Assembly: GCA_963696385.1 (NCBI GenBank)
Contig: CAVOKF010000008.1
Span: 822,523 to 886,522 of the forward strand
DNA: 64,000 nt
DNA from: an uncultured delta proteobacterium
GTDB taxonomy: Bacteria > Myxococcota_A > Polyangia > Polyangiales > Polyangiaceae
Direction of reading: 5' to 3'
Both the position numbers and the translations under genes were made by a program. Below are positions 9,668 to 20,057 of the stretch, in pieces. The notes under the pieces were generated by a model that saw nothing but the letters and a program-made list of their open reading frames with translations, ran no database searches and was not told the origin of the DNA. Positions within the stretch are counted from its first letter, which is position 1; every line of letters begins with the position of its first letter.

Positions 9668-9737
9668 CGGTACCCAGCTTAGCGGACGCTTGCGATCGGC
9701 GCGCCGCGTCATGAGTTTGACGGCTAGTCTCGATACG

Positions 9738-10241
9738 ATGCGACGCACTTCCCCGCTTTGGCACCAGTCGCCCTATCGTGCGAACCTCCTCGCGCTCTAC
9801 GCAGAAGCCGATGCGCTGCTTGCGGGCTGGGCATGCGCGTGTACGACCCACGTTGCACCCGAAGCTCGTTGTTGCCGGTTTGACCTCACCGGGCGCGAGC
9901 CGCACGCCACGGCCGTCGAGCTGGAAGAGGTGCGTCACGCCATGCGCGCCCGCGGGCTCTCGCCGCGGGGCCCGCGTAGCCTTCCATTGGCGCAACCGGG
10001 GCCGTGCCCGCTCCTCTCCGAAGGCGGCCGCTGTCGGGTCTACGCCGCGAGACCATTCGGCTGTCGCACGTTTTTCTGTCGGGAGGCAGAAGCGCCCTAT
10101 GGATCCAGCGCCCGGCCACCGCGTGACGCAGTGAATGCGATCGGGCGTCGCATTGCGGATTTGTCCGCGCGCTTTGCGCCCCTCGACCCTCATCCTCGTC
10201 CCCTCGTGCGCGCACTCGCCAAGCCGGGCGTGACCAGGTAA
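9738..10241 (+). CDS. YkgJ/UPF0153-family cysteine-cluster protein
   Basis: CAC...RCC and CPLL...CRVYAARPFGCRTFFC motifs; start uncertain. Confidence 0.75.
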   Translation: MRRTSPLWHQSPYRANLLALYAEADALLAGWACACTTHVAPEARCCRFDLTGREPHATAVELEEVRHAMRARGLSPRGPRSLPLAQPGPCPLLSEGGRCRVYAARPFGCRTFFCREAEAPYGSSARPPRDAVNAIGRRIADLSARFAPLDPHPRPLVRALAKPGVTR

Positions 10242-10342
10242 TCGCGTACATTTTGCAGGCGTCTTTCACGCCGAACTTCCACATCCGAGGCGAGCGAAGC
10301 TCCTGGATTGGCGGCGCGCGGCCGATTAGTCTCCGCGCCGCT

Positions 10343-11728
10343 ATGCGCCTTGCGTCCTTGCTCGGGCCGGACATCAAGCAAATCCTCAAGGAGGATCCCG
10401 ACCAGATCCGCGAGCTGCTCGATGAAATCCACGCCGAGGATCTCGCCGACATCGTCAGCGAGCTCGACCCCGACGAGGCCGCCGAGCTCCTGGCTCGAAT
10501 CCCTGCCGAGGACGCCGTTTCCATCTTCGAGCGCCTCGACGATCACGAGCAGGAAGAGCTCGTCGAGCAAATGCCGGCCGAGTCGGTTGCGGAGATCGCC
10601 AGCGAGATGGCGGCCGACGACCGAGCGGACCTCTTCAGCGTCCTGCCCGATGCCGTGGGAGAGCAGGTTTTCGAGGCGCTCCGAAAGGTCGACCCCGAAG
10701 CCGCTCAGGAAGTGCGCGACATCGAGAAGTGGCCCGATACGAGCGCCGGCCGCTTGATGAACACCGACTTCGTCGGTGTCTCTCCCCGCATTCTCGTATC
10801 CCAAGCGCTGGAGGAGGTACGCAGTCGCGCCCGTGAACGCGAAGAATTCGTTTACGTCGTCTACGTCCTCGAGGGCGAGAAGCTCGCGGGTGTCGTGAGC
10901 CTTCGGGATCTACTCGTCGCGGAACCCGAGCTGGGCATCGCCGAGGTGATGCGGACCAAGGTTATCAGCGTGCCGCCGACGATGGATCAAGAAGAAGTCG
11001 CCCGGCGGATGGCAAAGTACGATTTGAACGTGATCCCGGTCGTGGCCGAAGACGAGCGGCTTCTGGGAGTCATCACGATCGACGACATCATCGACGTGCT
11101 CGTCCGCGAGCAGACGAAGGATGTCCAGAAGATCGGCGGCATCGAGCCTCTCGACGTCCCCTACTTTCAGACCAGCTTTCTCAGCTTCATCCGGAAGCGT
11201 GCCGTCTGGCTGATTGTTCTATTCGTGGAGGAGTTCTTCACACAGACCGCGCTGCGTTCGTACGACTACATCATGGAGGCGGTCAAAGGGGCCCTTCTCT
11301 ACGTCCCGCTTCTCATCTCGGCGGGCGGGAATTCGGGGTCTCAATCGTCGACGCTGGTCATCCGCGGCTTGGCGCTCGGCGAAATCAAGTTGAAAGACTG
11401 GTGGCGCATTCTGCTGCGAGAGACCGGAATGGGTGTCGTTCTGGGAACCATCATCGCGGCGATCGCCATGGGTCGCGTCTTGATGTACCCGGATCAGACG
11501 ATGCTCTTCGCCATCACCGTGGCTCTCACGGTGTTGTGCATCATCGTGTGCGGGTGCACTGTCGGGTCGATGCTGCCTATCGTCTTGAAGCGTCTCGGAA
11601 TCGATCCCGCGACCAGCTCGACGCCTTTCATCGCAAGTCTGGTCGACACCCTCGGGGTCATCATTTATGCCCATGTGGCCATGACCGTGATGCACAAGGT
11701 CATCGAGGAGCGGCTAGCGGGGCACTAG
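10343..11728 (+). CDS. mgtE: Magnesium transporter MgtE
   Basis: Acidic N domain, CBS pair (SAGRLM...GVITIDD), GGNSGSQ and DPA..S.PFI motifs. Confidence 0.95.
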   Translation: MRLASLLGPDIKQILKEDPDQIRELLDEIHAEDLADIVSELDPDEAAELLARIPAEDAVSIFERLDDHEQEELVEQMPAESVAEIASEMAADDRADLFSVLPDAVGEQVFEALRKVDPEAAQEVRDIEKWPDTSAGRLMNTDFVGVSPRILVSQALEEVRSRAREREEFVYVVYVLEGEKLAGVVSLRDLLVAEPELGIAEVMRTKVISVPPTMDQEEVARRMAKYDLNVIPVVAEDERLLGVITIDDIIDVLVREQTKDVQKIGGIEPLDVPYFQTSFLSFIRKRAVWLIVLFVEEFFTQTALRSYDYIMEAVKGALLYVPLLISAGGNSGSQSSTLVIRGLALGEIKLKDWWRILLRETGMGVVLGTIIAAIAMGRVLMYPDQTMLFAITVALTVLCIIVCGCTVGSMLPIVLKRLGIDPATSSTPFIASLVDTLGVIIYAHVAMTVMHKVIEERLAGH

Positions 11729-12239
11729 CGCGACGGCACGTTGCGCATTGAAGCGGAGGTGGAGGAGGGTGGATGCCCTTGGCAATCGTCTCCCCGCAGG
11801 CACACGCCCACCCCGAGATCCTCGCAGGGTTTCCGACCACAATGGCGTGAGCGGGCACATCGCGAGTGACGACGGCGCCCGCACCGATCATCGCGCACAG
11901 GCCGATGTGCAGCGGGGCGACGAGCGTTGCATGGGCGCCGACGGTGGCGCCGTCTTCTACCCAGGTGCGATCCCAGTGCGGAGCGCGAGGGTAGGCGGCG
12001 CGAGGATGTCGCACGTTGGTGAACTGGGCGCCCGGACCGACGAAGACGTCTTGCCCGAGCACGACCCCGGCCCAAACGCTCGAATGGCCTTGGAGCCGTG
12101 TCCCCGCCCCAATCGTCGCGCCGCACGCGACGAAACAGAACGCGCCGACGACGACATCCGGCCCGAGCTCCGCCCCCTTCACGACGATGGACGGCGGGTA
12201 GATGCGCGGCGGGGCGCCGGAGCGTGGGCGACGGTTCAT
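11700..12239 (-). CDS. Hexapeptide-repeat N-acetyltransferase (WbpD-like)
   Basis: VFVGPGAQFTN..HPRA, IGAGAVVTRDVP...VVGNPAR, WACACG tail. Confidence 0.8.
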   Translation of the reverse strand: MNRRPRSGAPPRIYPPSIVVKGAELGPDVVVGAFCFVACGATIGAGTRLQGHSSVWAGVVLGQDVFVGPGAQFTNVRHPRAAYPRAPHWDRTWVEDGATVGAHATLVAPLHIGLCAMIGAGAVVTRDVPAHAIVVGNPARISGWACACGETIAKGIHPPPPPLQCATCRRASAPLAAPR

Positions 12240-12292
12240 CCGGCCCGACGACGCTAGCGAATCCGGGTGAACCTGACTACCGTTTACGCGTC

Positions 12293-13390
12293 ATGCTCCG
12301 CCCCAGGACGACGCCACCCGGCGTGATCGTTCCAGCAACCGATCGACTCACGTACCGACAATCCGGAGTCGACGCCGAAGCCGGCGACACTCTGGTCGAC
12401 CGCATCAAACCGCTGGCTGCACTGACGCGGACGGCCGACGTGATCGGCGACATCGGAGGGTTTGCAGGGCTGTGCCGGGTGCCGGCCGACGTCGAAGATC
12501 CGGTTCTCGTCAGCGGTACCGACGGCGTTGGCACCAAGCTCAAAGTGTCCTTCGCGACGGGTGTGCACGACACGATAGGGTTCGACCTGGTCGGCATGTG
12601 CGTGAACGATGTCATCACGTGCGGCGCTCGTCCGCTGTTTTTCTTGGATTATTTTGCAACCGGAAGGCTCGACATAGCGGTCGCTGAAAAGGTCGTCGCC
12701 GGAATCGCGGCCGCGTGCGTGGAGAGCGGCTGCGCGCTTCTAGGCGGCGAGACGGCCGAATTGCCCGGGATGTACGCCCCCGGCGAATACGATCTCGCCG
12801 GCTTCGCCGTCGGCATCGTCGCCCGCAGCAAGATTGTCGACGGGGCCCGGGTACGCGACGGGGACACGGCGATCGCGTTGACGTCGAGCGGGCTGCATTC
12901 GAACGGGTACTCGTTGGCGCGCAAGGCGCTGTTCGATACTCTGGGTCTTCCGATCGAGGCGCGTCCGTTCGAGCTCGGGGGAAAGAGCGTCGGGGAAGCC
13001 TTACTGGAGCCGACGCGCCTCTACGTCCGGCCCGTGCAGAGGTTACTGTCGAGCGGCATCGACGTGCGCGCGATGAGCCACATCACGGGCGGCGGTATTC
13101 CCGGCAATGTTCCGCGCGTCCTGCCCGAGGGCCTCGGCATCCGCATCGACGCGACCTGGTCGCGCGCGCCGATCTTCGATTTGGTCCAACGAGCCGGCGG
13201 CATCGAGGAGAAGGAGATGCGGCGCACTTTCAACGTTGGCGTCGGGTTCGTCGTCGTCGTCGCGGCCTCGGACGCTGACCGCGCGATCGATACGCTTCGG
13301 GAGGGCGCCCCGGGCGCGTTTCGGCTCGGCACCATCGTGGCGATTCCGCCCGACCGTCCGTTCGAGGAACGCGTGGAGTGGCCGGGATGA
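12293..13390 (+). CDS. purM: Phosphoribosylformylglycinamidine cyclo-ligase
   Basis: TYRQSGVD, GTDGVGTK, GGETAELPG, GLHSNGYSL, HITGGG; start could be slightly downstream. Confidence 0.97.
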   Translation: MLRPRTTPPGVIVPATDRLTYRQSGVDAEAGDTLVDRIKPLAALTRTADVIGDIGGFAGLCRVPADVEDPVLVSGTDGVGTKLKVSFATGVHDTIGFDLVGMCVNDVITCGARPLFFLDYFATGRLDIAVAEKVVAGIAAACVESGCALLGGETAELPGMYAPGEYDLAGFAVGIVARSKIVDGARVRDGDTAIALTSSGLHSNGYSLARKALFDTLGLPIEARPFELGGKSVGEALLEPTRLYVRPVQRLLSSGIDVRAMSHITGGGIPGNVPRVLPEGLGIRIDATWSRAPIFDLVQRAGGIEEKEMRRTFNVGVGFVVVVAASDADRAIDTLREGAPGAFRLGTIVAIPPDRPFEERVEWPG

Positions 13391-14049
13391 CGCTCGCCCT
13401 CGGCGTGCTTGCCTCGGGAAGCGGCACCAACCTGCAGGCTATCTTGGATGCGATCGTCTCAGGAACGCTGGACGCGAGAGTGGCCGTGGTGGTGTCGAAC
13501 GTTCGAGACGCCCAGGCGCTCGCGCGGGCGCGGGCCGCGGGCATCGACGGCGTCCTCATCGAGCACACGGCCTTTGGCGACCGTAGGGCGTTCGACACGC
13601 AGGTCGTCGAGATCTTGCGCGCTCACGGCGCGGAGGTCGTGGTGCTGGCCGGCTTCATGCGGCTCGTCACGGACGTCCTGCTCGACGCCTACCCGATGCG
13701 CGTCGTCAACGTTCACCCTTCTCTTCTGCCCTCGTTTCCTGGACTGCACGCACAACGACAAGCCCTCGAATACGGCGTCCGGATCGCCGGATGCACGGTG
13801 CATTTTGTCGATTCCGGTACGGACACGGGGCCGATCATCGCCCAAGGCGCCGTCGAGGTATTCGACGACGACGACGAGGAACGTCTGCGCCTTCGCATTT
13901 TGGCCGAGGAGCATGCGCTGCTTCCGCGCGCTCTGCAGTGGATCGCAGCCGGGCGCTTGAGCGTCGTCTCGTCGGGGTCTCCGGGTAGTCGCGCGCGGGC
14001 ACTCGTCGGAAGCGGGCCCATTGAAGCGAAGGGACTGCAACGACGATGA
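13387..14049 (+). CDS. purN: Phosphoribosylglycinamide formyltransferase
   Basis: SGSGTNLQAI, LAGFMR, NVHPSLLP, GCTVHFVD...DTGPII. Confidence 0.97.
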   Translation: MTLALGVLASGSGTNLQAILDAIVSGTLDARVAVVVSNVRDAQALARARAAGIDGVLIEHTAFGDRRAFDTQVVEILRAHGAEVVVLAGFMRLVTDVLLDAYPMRVVNVHPSLLPSFPGLHAQRQALEYGVRIAGCTVHFVDSGTDTGPIIAQGAVEVFDDDDEERLRLRILAEEHALLPRALQWIAAGRLSVVSSGSPGSRARALVGSGPIEAKGLQRR

Positions 14050-14112
14050 GACAACGCGAGCGTTGCTCATCCGACCGTTTTCCTTCGTTGGCCACCCTAC
14101 CCCCTCGTCACG

Positions 14113-15657
14113 ATGTCGAAGCACTATGACGTTGCCATTCTCGGCGCCGGGATCGGCGCGCTCACGACGGCCGCCCTCCTGGCTCGTCGCTCGTGGCGCG
14201 TGCTGGTGCTCGGCCAGGGGTGGAGACCACCCACTTATCAATTCGACGGGGTCACCCTCGCCCGACGCCCTTTCACGTTCCTCGCGGCGTCCTCGCCCGC
14301 CTGGAGCAGGGTTCTCGTCGAGTTGGCGCAATCGCAAACACTGCGGCGCCGCACCATTGCGCTGAACCCCATGTTCCAGGTGCTGGCACCCAAACTTCGT
14401 CTCGAGGTGCCACCGGACGTTCAGCTCTTTGCCAAGGAAATTGATCGCACGTACCCGGAGGTACGTCGGGTCGTCGACGAGCTCTATGCGGAGCTCGCAT
14501 GGACCAACGCCGCGGCCGACGCAGCATTCGAGAGAGACCTGGTGTGGCCACCTGGCACCTTCTGGGAGCGCAGGGAGACCGAGCGGATCGCGGAGTCGAT
14601 GCCGCGCTTTGCACGCAACGCGGCGGCATTGCTGACCGAGTTTCCGCGCGATCACGACTATCGCGCGATCGTCGACGTGCCGGTGCGCTTCGCCAGTTAC
14701 GCGGCCGACGTCCCTGAGTTCGCCGTCGCGCGGTTGCACGGTGCCTGGACACGCGGCGTCGTACGCTTGCACGGCGGCGAGAAAGAGCTGGTCGACTTTT
14801 TGCTCGATCGGGTTCGCGCGCACGGCGGAGAAGCGCACATCGGCGACCGGGCCTCGCGTATCGATCACAAGCGGGGCCGCGTAAGCGGCATCGTGGTCGA
14901 TGGGGACGATGCATCGACGGGGGTGGAGTTTGTGGTGACCGATCATACGGCCCGCGCGCTTTTGGATCTCGCCAACGATTTCGAACCTCCACGGCGCGCC
15001 CTGACCGCGCTGCCGCACCTGATTGCGACGGAGCGGCGACTCGTGGTCTCGATGGTCGTTCGTGACGAAGGCCTGCCGGCGCGGCTCGGCGACGAGGCAT
15101 TTCTCATCGCCTCTGGCCCCCGGCGCGGCGCGGACGCCGTGAGCCCCCTCGTTCACCTGCAGCGCATGCGAGAGCCGTGCGGCATCGCCGGCGCCACACT
15201 GCTCGTCGCCGAAGCGGCGCTGGAGGACGGATCGTCCCCACCTTTAGCTCAGGGCCGCGAGACCGTCTTAGCCACAATCGAATCGTTGCTGCCTTACATC
15301 GATCGGCATTATCTCGTCGTCGACTCCCCGCACGACGGACGCCCGCTGTGGGACTTCCGCTCGGGCGCGCGAAGGGAGGTCAATCGGGCGAGCCTGCGCG
15401 CCACCGGCGGTTCACTCGAGCCGGAGCCGATGGCGGCCCGCTGGCGCATCGATCCGCCGGCCTTCCACGGCCTCGGCGGCGAACCATTGCGCACCCCGCT
15501 CGGCGGTGCTTTCGTGGTCGGGCCCAGCGCTCTGCCCGCGCTCGGTCAGGAGGGCGAGCTTCTCGCGGCGTGGAGCGTGGCCCGACTCATCACGCGGACA
15601 GACCGCCAGAGGGAACGAATGCGACGCGAGATGTGGAGCAAGATCGAGCTCGAATGA
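14113..15657 (+). CDS. FAD-dependent oxidoreductase, phytoene desaturase-like
   Basis: N-terminal YDVAILGAGIGAL Rossmann motif; size and layout of the family. Confidence 0.65.
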   Translation: MSKHYDVAILGAGIGALTTAALLARRSWRVLVLGQGWRPPTYQFDGVTLARRPFTFLAASSPAWSRVLVELAQSQTLRRRTIALNPMFQVLAPKLRLEVPPDVQLFAKEIDRTYPEVRRVVDELYAELAWTNAAADAAFERDLVWPPGTFWERRETERIAESMPRFARNAAALLTEFPRDHDYRAIVDVPVRFASYAADVPEFAVARLHGAWTRGVVRLHGGEKELVDFLLDRVRAHGGEAHIGDRASRIDHKRGRVSGIVVDGDDASTGVEFVVTDHTARALLDLANDFEPPRRALTALPHLIATERRLVVSMVVRDEGLPARLGDEAFLIASGPRRGADAVSPLVHLQRMREPCGIAGATLLVAEAALEDGSSPPLAQGRETVLATIESLLPYIDRHYLVVDSPHDGRPLWDFRSGARREVNRASLRATGGSLEPEPMAARWRIDPPAFHGLGGEPLRTPLGGAFVVGPSALPALGQEGELLAAWSVARLITRTDRQRERMRREMWSKIELE

Positions 15658-15661
15658 TGCG

Positions 15662-16786
15662 CTACGGCGAATGCGGATTGAGCCCCGTTTCGTGGCGAAC
15701 GTCGAGCTTGGGCGCGGTCAACCCTTTCAGCCAACGCACCAGGATCGCGTATCCTTCGTGAACAAGCGCAAGCGACGTCGACTCGTTCTTTTGATGCGCT
15801 TGCGCGTTTTCGCCGGGTCCGAAGTTCACAGCAGCGACTCCATGCTCGGCGAAGCGTGCCACGTCGGTCCAAGCTTGCTTCGGCTCGACGGCGCGGACGC
15901 CGGAGGCGATGAGCGCGCGGACGAGCGGGTGCGACGCATTGGGGCGCGCGGCCGGAGACCGATCCGTTATCTCGACGTCGGCCCGGCCGGCCACCAGCGC
16001 GAGGACCTCACGCTGACTGTCGTCGAGGGTTCTATCGGGGGCAAAACGGTGATTGAGATTCAGGACGAAGCGGTCGGGGACCACGTTGCGTCCCCGCCCC
16101 CCATCGTGCGCCTGGGTGACCGTCGTAACCGTCCGGTACGTAAGTCCGTCGACGACGCTCGCGCGTGCTGGGAGCGAGCCGATTTCGCCAAGAAACGCGG
16201 CCGCACGAGTGATGGCGTTGTCGCCCTCCCATGGACGGGCGCTGTGGGCAGTGCGTCCGCGAAAGGTGACCGTGGCATGGATGGATCCGACGCACCCGAG
16301 GTGCAGTTTGTTGTCGGACGGCTCCATGCACACAGCAAGGTCCATGGCCGCGAGATCGGGGTCTCGATCGAGGACAGGCCCGAGCTCGTTGTCGGCGAAG
16401 GGGCCTTCCTCGCGTGCGTAGAAGACAAGGGTGAGATCGCAGCCAAGCTCATCGACAGGCAACGTCTCTGCAACGGCGAGCATGACGGCAAGCCCGCTCT
16501 TCATGTCGCTCGCACCCGCGCCAACGCAGCGGCCCGCTTCAAGCCGGGCGGGGCCGTTCTCGGTACGAACCGTGTCGAGGTGGCCGACGAGGGCGATTCG
16601 TGGTCCTGGTCCCCGTGTAACCCGAACGACGATCGAGTTCCCATACCGGCGTACCGGTGCCGCCAACGCGAGCTTCGAGACGCGCGCTTGCACGGCGTCG
16701 CACAGCGATCGTTCCTCGCCGGTCGGCGAAGCTATGGCGCAGAGATCGAGCAGCGTCTGGTCGAGGAGTCGGGCGACGTCACTCAC
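15662..16786 (-). CDS. dapE: Succinyl-diaminopimelate desuccinylase (M20)
   Basis: GHLDTV, GASDMKSG, REEGP, AHSARPW, WTDVARF, AHQKNE; coupled to dapD. Confidence 0.9.
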   Translation of the reverse strand: MSDVARLLDQTLLDLCAIASPTGEERSLCDAVQARVSKLALAAPVRRYGNSIVVRVTRGPGPRIALVGHLDTVRTENGPARLEAGRCVGAGASDMKSGLAVMLAVAETLPVDELGCDLTLVFYAREEGPFADNELGPVLDRDPDLAAMDLAVCMEPSDNKLHLGCVGSIHATVTFRGRTAHSARPWEGDNAITRAAAFLGEIGSLPARASVVDGLTYRTVTTVTQAHDGGRGRNVVPDRFVLNLNHRFAPDRTLDDSQREVLALVAGRADVEITDRSPAARPNASHPLVRALIASGVRAVEPKQAWTDVARFAEHGVAAVNFGPGENAQAHQKNESTSLALVHEGYAILVRWLKGLTAPKLDVRHETGLNPHSP

Positions 16787-17615
16787 GCTTGGACCCCAAA
16801 ATCCCGTAAGGCGGCGTTGAGGCTCACCTTCCGATCGGTTGCGCCGCTACGCTCCCCGATGAGCAGAGCGCACGGAACTCCGAATTCGCCAGCCGCGAAC
16901 TTCTTCGTGCGCACACCGGGGATGATCACGCTGCGGGGGGGACGTATCCTCGATGCTCGACAACACGGTCGCCCCGAACGTCGAGGATCGGCGTCGACGA
17001 TGTGAGCACCACGCCCGCACCGATGACGGCCTCACGTCCGATCCGAACGCCGTCGACAATCACGACGCGCGATCCGACGAAGACGCCGTCTTCGACGATG
17101 ACGGGCGACGCACCGGGGGGCTCGAGGACTCCACCTATGCCGACCCCACCGGCCAAGTGGCAATCGCGGCCGATCTGCGCGCACGAACCGACCGTCGCCC
17201 AGGTGTCGACCATCGTGCCTGCGCCAACGAACGCGCCGATATTGACATAGCCCGGCATGAGAATGACGCCGGGCTCGAGAAACGATCCATACCGCGCGAC
17301 GCCGGGGGGTACAACCCGCACTCCGGCGACGTCGAGACCATGTTTCAGCGGAATCTTGTCGTGAAACTCGAAGGGCCCGATCTCGATCTTGTCCATCCGC
17401 CGGAGCGCGAAATACAAGAGGATCGCCTGCATGATCCACGCTTGGGTGGTCCAAGAGCCGCTGTCGCTCGTCGGCGGAAGGGCAACCCGAAGCTCCCCGC
17501 GATCGAGCGCGGCGATCACGGCTTCGATCGCTGCACGATGATGCCCATCTCGGAGCAGTTCGCGATCGGCAAATGTGGCCTCGACGCGTGGGCGGAGAGT
17601 GTCCTCCAGGCTCAT
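16783..17615 (-). CDS. dapD: Tetrahydrodipicolinate N-succinyltransferase, frameshifted at a C7 run near 16935-16941
   Basis: DKIPLK, RVVPPGVAR, DTWATVGSCAQIG, GGVLEP. The conserved tail RSVIIPG...CALLIG...TDRKVSLNAALR continues in another frame to TGA 16783. Confidence 0.9.
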
Positions 17616-17646
17616 GGCCCGTACTTCACTTGGCGGTCGGCGATTG

Positions 17647-18489
17647 TCAATCGCCCGCTACCGACGCGAGCGTGATGGATCCTCGGCCAGGGCCCAGATC
17701 GAGCGCAGCGCCAAGCCGCTCGGCAACACGGCGGGCGGCGTGATCCGAGGGCGCAATCCACGGCATCACGCGGATGGATAGGGTCGGGAGATGGGCGTCC
17801 GCATGTAGCGCGGCCTCGACGATGAACCGCGCCAGCGGCTGGCAGCGCACGCGAAGGACAAGCGATTCCGCCCTGGAAGCGTGAACGCACCCGACGAGGA
17901 GCGACATGAGCGGGCCGAGGACGTAGGGGTCCGTGACCACGGCGCAATCCAGAGTCGCCTCATCGAATCGCACCACGACTTCGCGGCCGCGCGCCGTACC
18001 CGACATGCGCCCGACCTCGCGCGCGACGAGGTTGAGCGTGACCTCGGTGGACAAAGGGGCGCTCGCGAGATCGAGAAGCGCCAGCAAGTCAATGCAGGCC
18101 TCGAGCTCGTCGGCGAGGGTACCGGCGCGACTTGCGAGGTCCGGACGGTGGTCCGCTTGGGCTTCCACCGCATCCAGCAGTGCGTCGAGCTCGCGAACGC
18201 GCTCGCTGCCGTACGTGCCCGTTTCGTGCTTCGCGCTCTCTCCCCCGATGGCGACTTGAGCCGCCATCTGCAACGTAGCCGCGCTCGATCGCAGCTCCGG
18301 GATGAGGTCCACGATCGTTTTCCTCGGCACGCTCGGGCTACGCAGCAGCGCCTCGAGGTTGTGAACAGCCGCCAGCGCCCCTCGCGATGGGCCCCAGGCC
18401 GACGCGACGCTGGCGTTCGGACGCCGCCCGGCGGATGGCGGAGCACCGTCCGGCGAATCCGGTTTTCGTCCATTGCTCTCCGACGACAT
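17647..18489 (-). CDS. Hypothetical protein
   Basis: Long ORF co-oriented between ndk and dapD; no motif recognised. Confidence 0.55.
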   Translation of the reverse strand: MSSESNGRKPDSPDGAPPSAGRRPNASVASAWGPSRGALAAVHNLEALLRSPSVPRKTIVDLIPELRSSAATLQMAAQVAIGGESAKHETGTYGSERVRELDALLDAVEAQADHRPDLASRAGTLADELEACIDLLALLDLASAPLSTEVTLNLVAREVGRMSGTARGREVVVRFDEATLDCAVVTDPYVLGPLMSLLVGCVHASRAESLVLRVRCQPLARFIVEAALHADAHLPTLSIRVMPWIAPSDHAARRVAERLGAALDLGPGRGSITLASVAGD

Positions 18490-18612
18490 GCGGACCCTCG
18501 AGCTGCTACAGCCCGGCGCCGTGTTCCCGGGGCGCCGAGCCAACGCGCCGCCCCCGCGTCGTCCCATCGACTCAGACGCGCTGCCTGGTCGGCGCGCCCG
18601 AAATGGCCACCA

Positions 18613-19041
18613 TCAAGCGACCGGCGAAACCTCCACTCCCGGAAAAAAATATGCGATCTCTCGCCGGGCGTTATCCAGCGAATCCGACCCGTGCGTGGCG
18701 TTCTCGCCCACGTTCGAGCCGAACTCCTTGCGGATCGTCCCGGGCGCCGCTTTGGCAGGATCGGTGGCGCCCATCAGCTCCCGCCAAACGCTGACGGCGC
18801 TGTCGCGCTCCAGCACCGCGACCACGACCGGCGATCGGGTCATGAACTGAACGAGTTCGCCAAAGAACGGTCGATGCCGGTGGACGTCGTAGAAGCCCTC
18901 CGCTTCCGAACGCCCGAGCCGGATCATCTTCAAGGCGCGGATTTTGAAGCCGCCTTCCTCGACCCGCTGGAGAATGACGCCGCACGTTCGTCTTTCGACC
19001 GCGTCCGGCTTCACGATGCAAAGAGTGCGTTCGAGCGCCAT
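18613..19041 (-). CDS. ndk: Nucleoside diphosphate kinase
   Basis: [31 protein letters not shown]. Confidence 0.97.
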   Translation of the reverse strand: MALERTLCIVKPDAVERRTCGVILQRVEEGGFKIRALKMIRLGRSEAEGFYDVHRHRPFFGELVQFMTRSPVVVAVLERDSAVSVWRELMGATDPAKAAPGTIRKEFGSNVGENATHGSDSLDNARREIAYFFPGVEVSPVA

Positions 19042-19153
19042 GAGATCTCGTGCCCTCCGGAGGTGGTTTCCGCGCCAGACGTGCCGCCGCGCTTGTAGGT
19101 GAAAATCGTCGGACACGCAACCGATCCGAGCCGGAAGTTTCTCGCGCGGCGAT

Positions 19154-20047
19154 TCAGTGTCTCAACATCTGCGCCAGAGTGCTGGCCATGTCGCTGGGGG
19201 TAGGGGCGATGCGCGCGCCGGCGGCCTCGAGCGCCGCAATCTTCTCGGCGGCGGTGCCTTTTCCCCCCGCGATGATGGCCCCGGCGTGCCCCATGCGCTT
19301 TCCCGGGGGAGCGGTCGTCCCGGCAATGAACGCGGCGACGGGCTTGCTCATGCGTTCGCGAATGAAACGCGCCGCACGCTCCTCGGCAGCGCCGCCGATT
19401 TCGCCGATGAGAATGACTCCATGGGTATCCGGATCCGCTTGATAGAGCTCCAGCACGTCGACGAAGTCCATTCCGCCGACGGGATCGCCACCGATGCCGA
19501 TGCATGTCGACTGACCCATGCCCCGAGCCGTGAGCTGCCCGACGGCCTCGTAGGTGAGCGTGCCGGAGCGCGACACCACACCGACGTGTCCCGATTTGTG
19601 AATGTGCCCGGGCATGATCCCGATCTTGCAGCCCTGACCGACGCTGCCGGGCGTGATGATGCCCGGACAGTTGGGGCCAATGAGACGCGTGTTGGCGCGA
19701 AGCCCCTCGAAGACACGCCGCACCTTGAGCATGTCGATCACCGGTATGCCCTCGGTGATGCAGACGACCAGCGCAATCCCAGCGTCGAATGCCTCAAGAA
19801 TGGCGTCCGCGGCCCCGGCCGGAGGGACGAAAATACAACTCGCGTTGGCGCCGGTCGCACGGACGCCTTGGACCACTGTGTCGAAGACGGGAACGCGCGC
19901 GTCGAACTTCTCGCCGCCTCGGCCGGGGGTGACTCCCGCGACGAGATTCGTCCCGTAGTCGATCATTTGTTTCGCGTGGAACGCTCCCGCGGCCCCAGTA
20001 ATCCCCTGGACGAGAAGACGAGTGTCTTTTCCGACGAGAACGCTCAT
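19154..20047 (-). CDS. sucD: Succinate-CoA ligase alpha subunit
   Basis: [31 protein letters not shown]. Confidence 0.97.
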   Translation of the reverse strand: MSVLVGKDTRLLVQGITGAAGAFHAKQMIDYGTNLVAGVTPGRGGEKFDARVPVFDTVVQGVRATGANASCIFVPPAGAADAILEAFDAGIALVVCITEGIPVIDMLKVRRVFEGLRANTRLIGPNCPGIITPGSVGQGCKIGIMPGHIHKSGHVGVVSRSGTLTYEAVGQLTARGMGQSTCIGIGGDPVGGMDFVDVLELYQADPDTHGVILIGEIGGAAEERAARFIRERMSKPVAAFIAGTTAPPGKRMGHAGAIIAGGKGTAAEKIAALEAAGARIAPTPSDMASTLAQMLRH

Positions 20048-20057
20048 GAAAGTCCTC

